From assembly GCA_035063585.1 (NCBI GenBank), contig JAPSGB010000052.1, positions 1-30,095 on the forward strand: a stretch of 30,095 bases of DNA, read 5' to 3'. Source of the stretch: Polyangiaceae bacterium (GTDB taxonomy: Bacteria; Myxococcota_A; Polyangia; Polyangiales; Polyangiaceae). How positions within the stretch are numbered: position 1 is the first letter of the stretch; each line of letters opens with the position of its first letter. A program made the position numbers and the translations under genes. This document shows, one piece after another, positions 25,091 through 30,095 of this stretch. Under the pieces are notes generated by a model. It searched no databases. It had not been told where the DNA came from and worked only from the letters and a program-made list of their open reading frames with translations.

Positions 25091-26371
25091 TCAACAGGCC
25101 GGCCCGAGCGGCGTCAGGGTGTACTTCTCGGTGCCCTGACCTGCTTGGCCCGCGATGGAACCGCCGCCGGTTCCCACCATCGTGCCGGGCTTCCGCGGTC
25201 CGTTCGGAAAGCTGATGGTGTACGTGCCGGTGTACTGGGCGTTGAAGACGCCGCCGAACGCGTACGTGCCCGACAGGCCGCCGGAGAACTTCATGCTGCC
25301 GATGCTGCTCGACAGCGCGAAGGGCTTCATGATGTTGCAGACCTTCTGGCTGACCTTCCAATCCTGGAGCCCGCCGACGACCTGATACGCCTGCGGTTCG
25401 CAGATCGCCTGCGCACGCTCCAGCATTCCGGCCATCGGATGCTCATCCGCGGCGCCCAAGAGCTGCCTGTTTCTGTTCGCGCCCAGCCAGTACGCGACGA
25501 GGACCGACGGATCTTTCTTGGCCTGACAGGCCGCGATGGCTTCCTTCTCGCAAGGATCCGACATGAGCGCGATGAGCTCGGCCGTGGACGGGGCCTTCCT
25601 GTCCTTTGCGGGAATATTGAGCAGCTGACGCTGCCGCTCGAGACCGAGCGCTGTCGAGACGGCTTTCACTGCCGCGGCGCACGAGGTGCCGGCGGCGGCG
25701 AGCCGCGGGGCGACGACCTCCCGCTCCCACTCGTCCATGCTCTCGGCGATCTTCTTGTTCGTCGCCGCGGAGCCGCTAGGGTCACCGGACCGTTGGCGGG
25801 CGCGTTCGGCCTGTAGCGCCTCGCCGATCTCGTTCTGAATTCGGGACTCGGCTCGCCCGGTCTTCCAGCCCACGTACGCCTCCCGCGCCTTGTCGGCGAG
25901 ACCGGTGAAGCCGTAGCCGGTGAAGTGCTGGACGACGACGACCATGTCCGCGCTTCCGAGCTTCGGCTCCGCGGCCCACAGCTCCGCCCCATCGTCGCTG
26001 AAGGTGAACAGCAGCTGCTCAGCTGGCGGTACGGGCTTCGACGGGCTGATGGTCAGGCTGGCGGGTGCGAGGAAATGGGTGTCGGCGGGGCCGAAGACCA
26101 CACCCTGTGGCCCCTTCACGCCGAACGACGCGACCGCCGTGGCCGTGATCTCCACGGGCCCGAGCAGCGCGCCGGCGGGGACACTCAGCACGTAGCGGGT
26201 TCCGGCGGCGCTCTTCACCTCGATCGAGCCGCCGTCGCTACCGATGATCGCCTTCGACGTGTGCTTCGCCAGCTCGATCTTCAGCGGCGGCGTGAGCCGC
26301 CCGTGCTTGCCACAGGCGAGCAGAACCAATCCGAGAACCAGCGTCGCGAGCAAGGCCTGCAGCTTCGACAT
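25091..26371 (-). CDS. Hypothetical lipoprotein with N-terminal ZU5-like beta domain
   Basis: MSKLQALL...LLAC lipobox from ATG 26371; IGSDGGSI...LSVPAGAL...VEIT pattern; helical middle and Gly-rich beta C-terminus. Confidence 0.72.
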   Translation of the reverse strand: MSKLQALLATLVLGLVLLACGKHGRLTPPLKIELAKHTSKAIIGSDGGSIEVKSAAGTRYVLSVPAGALLGPVEITATAVASFGVKGPQGVVFGPADTHFLAPASLTISPSKPVPPAEQLLFTFSDDGAELWAAEPKLGSADMVVVVQHFTGYGFTGLADKAREAYVGWKTGRAESRIQNEIGEALQAERARQRSGDPSGSAATNKKIAESMDEWEREVVAPRLAAAGTSCAAAVKAVSTALGLERQRQLLNIPAKDRKAPSTAELIALMSDPCEKEAIAACQAKKDPSVLVAYWLGANRNRQLLGAADEHPMAGMLERAQAICEPQAYQVVGGLQDWKVSQKVCNIMKPFALSSSIGSMKFSGGLSGTYAFGGVFNAQYTGTYTISFPNGPRKPGTMVGTGGGSIAGQAGQGTEKYTLTPLGPAC

Positions 26372-26520
26372 GAGGACCGTGCGCAGGGTAGCGTCGAGCA
26401 AGCCGATGGGGAAGAGGTGATCATGGGCATCGGACGGGTCGGAAGCTGGCGCGGACGGCGACGCCCAGACGGACGCTCTCGGCGACGCGGATGGCAACTG
26501 AGCCACGTACACAATGCCAG

Positions 26521-26675
26521 TTTGCAGCTTCATGGGGCCAGCAGCCGCGTGACTCTTGCAGGGTCATGGGGCCACCACTCTTGCAGGACCATGGGGCCAC
26601 CCGCAGGGGAGCCTGACCTGGATTTGCAGGGTCATGGGGCCAGCTCCAGGGCATTTTTGCAGGACCATGGGGCCA
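26521..26675 (+). repeat. Five left-end subterminal repeats TTGCAG-N3-CATGGGGCCA
   Basis: Copies at about 26521, 26555, 26580, 26623 and 26656. Confidence 0.92.
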
Positions 26676-26753
26676 GCCCCGGGATGAGCGACCTGGACAT
26701 GAGACACGCTCCGTCTCCGACCGACCGCGCGGGTCGCGGTCGGAGGAGGAGCC

Positions 26754-28325
26754 ATGGCGTTCAGGGAGCTGACGATGATCGACGTAAAGGAAGTGCTTCG
26801 CCGCTGGCAGGTGGATCAGAGCGAGCGACGGATTGCACGCGAGACGGGGCTCGACCGCAAGACGGTGGGCCGCTACATCTACTGGGCTGTCGAGCTGGAG
26901 CTGCCGCGCGACCGTGCGCTCGACGACGACGACGTACATGCCGTCGCGGAGTGCGTCCAGGCGCGACCGCAGCGCGACCCGAGCGACGAGTGGCGCGAGG
27001 TTGCCGCGCACGAGCCGCGCCTCGAAGCATGGCTTGGCGGAAAGCCGCCGCTTCGCCTGAGCAAGATACACACGTTGCTCGAGCGCGACGGGCTCGTCGC
27101 GAGTTACTGGACGCTGCGGCGCTTCGCGATCGAGGAGCTCGGCTGGCGCAAGAAGGAGCCAGCGATCCGTCTCGACGACCCGCCCGCTGGCCAGGAGGCG
27201 CAGGTGGACTTCGGCAAAGTCGGCTACCTCGTCGACCCGGAGACGGGCCGGCGGCGCACGCTGTGGGTGCTGATCGTGACGCTGTCGTTCAGTCGGCACC
27301 AGTTCGTGTGGCCGACGTTCGTGCAGACGACGGAGGCGATCTGCGAGGGACTCGACGCGGCCTGGTCGTTCTTCGGGGCGATGCCGCTCACGATCGTGCC
27401 GGACAACATGAAAGGCATCGTCGCGACGCCGGAAGCGCTGGCGCCGCGGCTCTGCGACGCGTTCGTCGACTACGCTCAGGCACGCGGGTTGTTCGTCGAT
27501 CCGGCACGCGTACGCCACCCCCACGACAAGCCCCGCGTCGAAAACCAGGTCGCCTACGTCCGCGAAAACTGGTTCGCCGGCGAGCAGTTTCGAGGCCTCG
27601 ACGACGCACGCGAGGGCGCGGCCACATGGTCGCGCGATGTCGCGGGGCGGCGCATCCACGGCACCACGCGACAGGTGCCGATCGAGGTGTTCGAGGGGGT
27701 GGAGAAGGCGGCAATGCTGCCGCCACCGGAAGCGCCGTTCGACGTGCCGCTCTGGACCTACGCCAAGGTCCACGCCGACCACCACATCCAGGTCGGCCGC
27801 GCGCTCTACTCCGTGCCGACGCTCTACCTATACAAGCAGGTGCGCGTGCGCGCCGACAAGAAGCTCGTGCGGATCTACCTCGGGACACAGCTGATCAAGA
27901 CCCATCTGCGCCAGCTGCCCGGCAAGCGCTCGACCGACGTGACCGACTACCCTGTGGGCAAGACGGCGTACGCCATGCGCTCGGTCGATCAGGTGCTCGA
28001 ACGTGCGCGGAGCCATGATCACCACGTCGGACAGTACGCCGCGCGAGTGCTCGCTGGCCCGCTCCCCTGGGCACGCATGAGGCAGGCCTACGCGCTGCTC
28101 GCGCTCTGCGACAAATACGGCGCGGGCCGCGTCGAGGCCGCGTGCCAGAGCGCGCTCGCATTCGATGTCGTCGACGTGCCACGCATCAAGCGCATGCTCG
28201 CGACCGCTGCGAGCCCGACACCGACAACGCCGGACAGTCGCAAGGTCGTCCAGCTTCCGCTCCCGCGCTTCGCGCGCGACGCGAAGCACTTCGAGACGCG
28301 GTCGTCGAAGGAGGAGGCGGAATGA
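26754..28325 (+). CDS. istA: IS21-family transposase
   Basis: N-terminal HTH (SERRIARETGLDRKTVGRY); DDE residues in EAQVDFG, VPDNMK and KPRVENQV; strong GGAGGAG RBS. Confidence 0.95.
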   Translation: MAFRELTMIDVKEVLRRWQVDQSERRIARETGLDRKTVGRYIYWAVELELPRDRALDDDDVHAVAECVQARPQRDPSDEWREVAAHEPRLEAWLGGKPPLRLSKIHTLLERDGLVASYWTLRRFAIEELGWRKKEPAIRLDDPPAGQEAQVDFGKVGYLVDPETGRRRTLWVLIVTLSFSRHQFVWPTFVQTTEAICEGLDAAWSFFGAMPLTIVPDNMKGIVATPEALAPRLCDAFVDYAQARGLFVDPARVRHPHDKPRVENQVAYVRENWFAGEQFRGLDDAREGAATWSRDVAGRRIHGTTRQVPIEVFEGVEKAAMLPPPEAPFDVPLWTYAKVHADHHIQVGRALYSVPTLYLYKQVRVRADKKLVRIYLGTQLIKTHLRQLPGKRSTDVTDYPVGKTAYAMRSVDQVLERARSHDHHVGQYAARVLAGPLPWARMRQAYALLALCDKYGAGRVEAACQSALAFDVVDVPRIKRMLATAASPTPTTPDSRKVVQLPLPRFARDAKHFETRSSKEEAE

Positions 28326-29146
28326 AAGCGCGCGGACTCGACCCCGAGCTCATCGTCGCCCTCAAGCGCCTCAAGCTCGGCCGCATCGCCGACACAGTCC
28401 CCGAGCGGCTCGTGCTCGCCGACAAGCAGGACCTGTCGTTCCAGGAGCTGCTCCTGCTCGTCCTCATCGACGAGATCCAGCGTCGCGATAGCGGCGCCGC
28501 GCAGCGTCGCGCCGACGAGGCTGGTATCGACTCTGCGATGCGCATGGAGCTGTTCGACAAGACCGCTAAGGTCAGCTTCGATAAGCGCTTGCTCGCCGCG
28601 CTCGCGAGCCTGCGCTTCATCGAAAGCAACCGGCACGTCGTCATCCTCGGACCCGTCGGCGTCGGCAAGACCTTCATGGCTTGCGCGCTCGGCCACATCG
28701 CCTGCCAGCATGGCTACAACGTGCGCTTCATCCGTCCCGACGACATGCTGCGCACGCTCCGCGCCAGCCGCCTCGACAACTCGCGCGACGCCGAGATGAT
28801 CGCGCTCGCTACCGTCGACCTGCTCGTGCTCGACGACTTCGCGCTCGAGCCCATGAGCAAGGAGGAGAGCAAGGACGTCTACCAGCTCTTCCTCGAGCGC
28901 ACCGGTCGCGGCTCCATGATCGTCACCAGCAACCGCGACGCCGCAGAGTGGATCAGCATGTTCGACGACATCTTGCTCGCCCAGAGCGCCGTCGACCGCT
29001 TCAAGAATTCCGCGTTCGATCTGGTGATGGAGGGCGAGTCGTACCGGCCCCGCCTCAAGCCCCGCATCGACCCCGACGACCCGCCCCCAATGTCGCCCTC
29101 GCCGAAACCCACCCGCCACCCGCGCTCCCGCGCCCGGCGCCGCTGA
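28322..29146 (+). CDS. istB: IS21 helper AAA+ ATPase
   Basis: Walker A GPVGVGKT, Walker B LLVLDDF, TSNR; ATGA overlap with istA. Confidence 0.95.
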   Translation: MKARGLDPELIVALKRLKLGRIADTVPERLVLADKQDLSFQELLLLVLIDEIQRRDSGAAQRRADEAGIDSAMRMELFDKTAKVSFDKRLLAALASLRFIESNRHVVILGPVGVGKTFMACALGHIACQHGYNVRFIRPDDMLRTLRASRLDNSRDAEMIALATVDLLVLDDFALEPMSKEESKDVYQLFLERTGRGSMIVTSNRDAAEWISMFDDILLAQSAVDRFKNSAFDLVMEGESYRPRLKPRIDPDDPPPMSPSPKPTRHPRSRARRR

Positions 29147-29208
29147 CGGAAGACTCGACGACGCGGACCAGATCAGGCACGATGCCCGAGTCGTTCAGCC
29201 TGTTCCCC

Positions 29209-29253
29209 TGGCCCCTTGCCCTTGCAAATGGGGTGGCCCCATGGGGTTGCAAA
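29209..29253 (-). repeat. Two right-end subterminal repeats of the IS21 element
   Basis: TGGCCCCTTGCCCTTGCAAA (29209-29228) and TGGCCCCATGGGGTTGCAAA (29234-29253). Confidence 0.85.
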
Positions 29254-29748
29254 GTGGCACCCCGATCGGCTCGCCCGTCTCGCGGCCCGCGCGCTCGCGT
29301 CCCGAGAGGTGCTGGTCGCGGCAGCGAGCCAGCGCGGTCGACGCTCTCGGTCCGATCACCACGTGGATCGGCCGGGACCGCTCGAGCTCCGCGAACGACC
29401 TTGGCGGGTTCATCGGCAGCAGGGAGCGCTCGCGAGGACCGGATCGAGCTCGCGAAGATCACGAAGGACCGCGTGGCGGGGCGGAGCCAGGCCGCGGTCG
29501 CGGGGTGAGGTCCGGAACGAAGGGGGCCGGGGCGGCGCGGAACCGCCACCGCGTCGGTCCGCCCGCTCGTGCTCACGCTTCCTTTGGAGCCGCGGGGGCA
29601 GCGCCTTCGGCGCCACGTTTCTCGGCGAAGCGGGCCGCAAGTCGGTAGGATCGTTGAGGGCTCCTGCCGCCTTCAGGAGCGGCCGTGCGGAAACCCTGTC
29701 CGCTCCACCGCCAGGTCGCGCAGCAGCAATTCGCAGGACCGGCATGCG

Positions 29749-30095
29749 TCACCGCTCGGTGTCAGCGCAGCAGCGGATCCCTCTATCAGCGTTGAGCCGC
29801 TGCATTTCGACCGAGCCGCCATAGCCATCGCAGGCTAGGTTCGCAGCGGGATCGTGGTTCCACGGAGTTCCGCTCATCAAGCACAGCCAACCCGCGATAC
29901 CTTGATCGTAGCACACGTCCTGCCACTCGGTGACGCTGCCGCTCAGGTCGTAAACTTGGTCGAAGGGCGGCACTGTCCCATGACACGACCGGCTCGCGGT
30001 GTCCGTGACGTCCATCGCGGTTCGACCGTGAGCCTCGAGCCAGGCCGCGTCGATGCAGACGCCGGGCTCGTACGTGTCGCCGTACGGATAGGTCG
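29749..30095 (-). CDS. C-terminus of an FGE-sulfatase/SUMF1-domain protein (5' part outside window)
   Basis: Frame open to the window edge: TYPYGDTYEPGVC...VYDLSGSVTEW...GIRCCAD. Confidence 0.78.
   Translation of the reverse strand, partial: TYPYGDTYEPGVCIDAAWLEAHGRTAMDVTDTASRSCHGTVPPFDQVYDLSGSVTEWQDVCYDQGIAGWLCLMSGTPWNHDPAANLACDGYGGSVEMQRLNADRGIRCCADTER

Larger units (their letters stand above)
26515..29259 (+). mobile_element. Complete IS21-family element (2745 bp)
   Basis: TG...CA ends; IRL 26515-26540 matches IRR 29234-29259 at 22/26; istA-istB operon; multiple subterminal repeats. Confidence 0.93.

Noticed and set aside
26372..26533. Extended start of the 25091 lipoprotein
   Set aside because: The ORF-track start lies inside the IS21 left IR; the signal peptide begins at ATG 26371
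26521..26675. Repeats separated by unique spacers, resembling a mini CRISPR array
   Set aside because: Repeats are only 19-20 bp with irregular 5-23 bp spacers, recur inverted at the other end of istAB, and no cas genes are present; they are IS21 terminal sites

Overview
Very GC-rich bacterial DNA. The gene content (MYXO-CTERM-like protease, Cys-rich lipoproteins, PEGA-associated Ser/Thr kinase-like proteins) points to a myxobacterium, probably Polyangiaceae (inference). Positions 353-24466 hold about 19 largely intact genes: prmA, a GFA protein, a QQYP-repeat lipoprotein, RimJ-type GNAT, cardiolipin synthase, a radical SAM/SPASM enzyme, an M36/M4-like metalloprotease, a pseudokinase-TPR/PEGA-Cys-lipoprotein operon, an exported methyltransferase, two GT-C glycosyltransferases (one TMTC-like), a MinD-J-like-HTH fusion, DsbA, a DEDDh exonuclease, a second degenerate kinase and an SDR. 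The left edge is the end of an IS3-family element. From 24466 there is a mobile/accessory zone: an IS630 remnant abutting a stop codon, a lipoprotein, a complete IS21-family element without a target duplication, and the 3' end of an FGE-sulfatase-domain gene. Most notable: a ~25-bp intergenic motif repeated upstream of four envelope-protein genes; a sigma54 promoter with a perfect palindromic upstream site; two catalytically degenerate kinases; and a possible protein-glycosylation system. All family calls come from motif recognition, not database searches.
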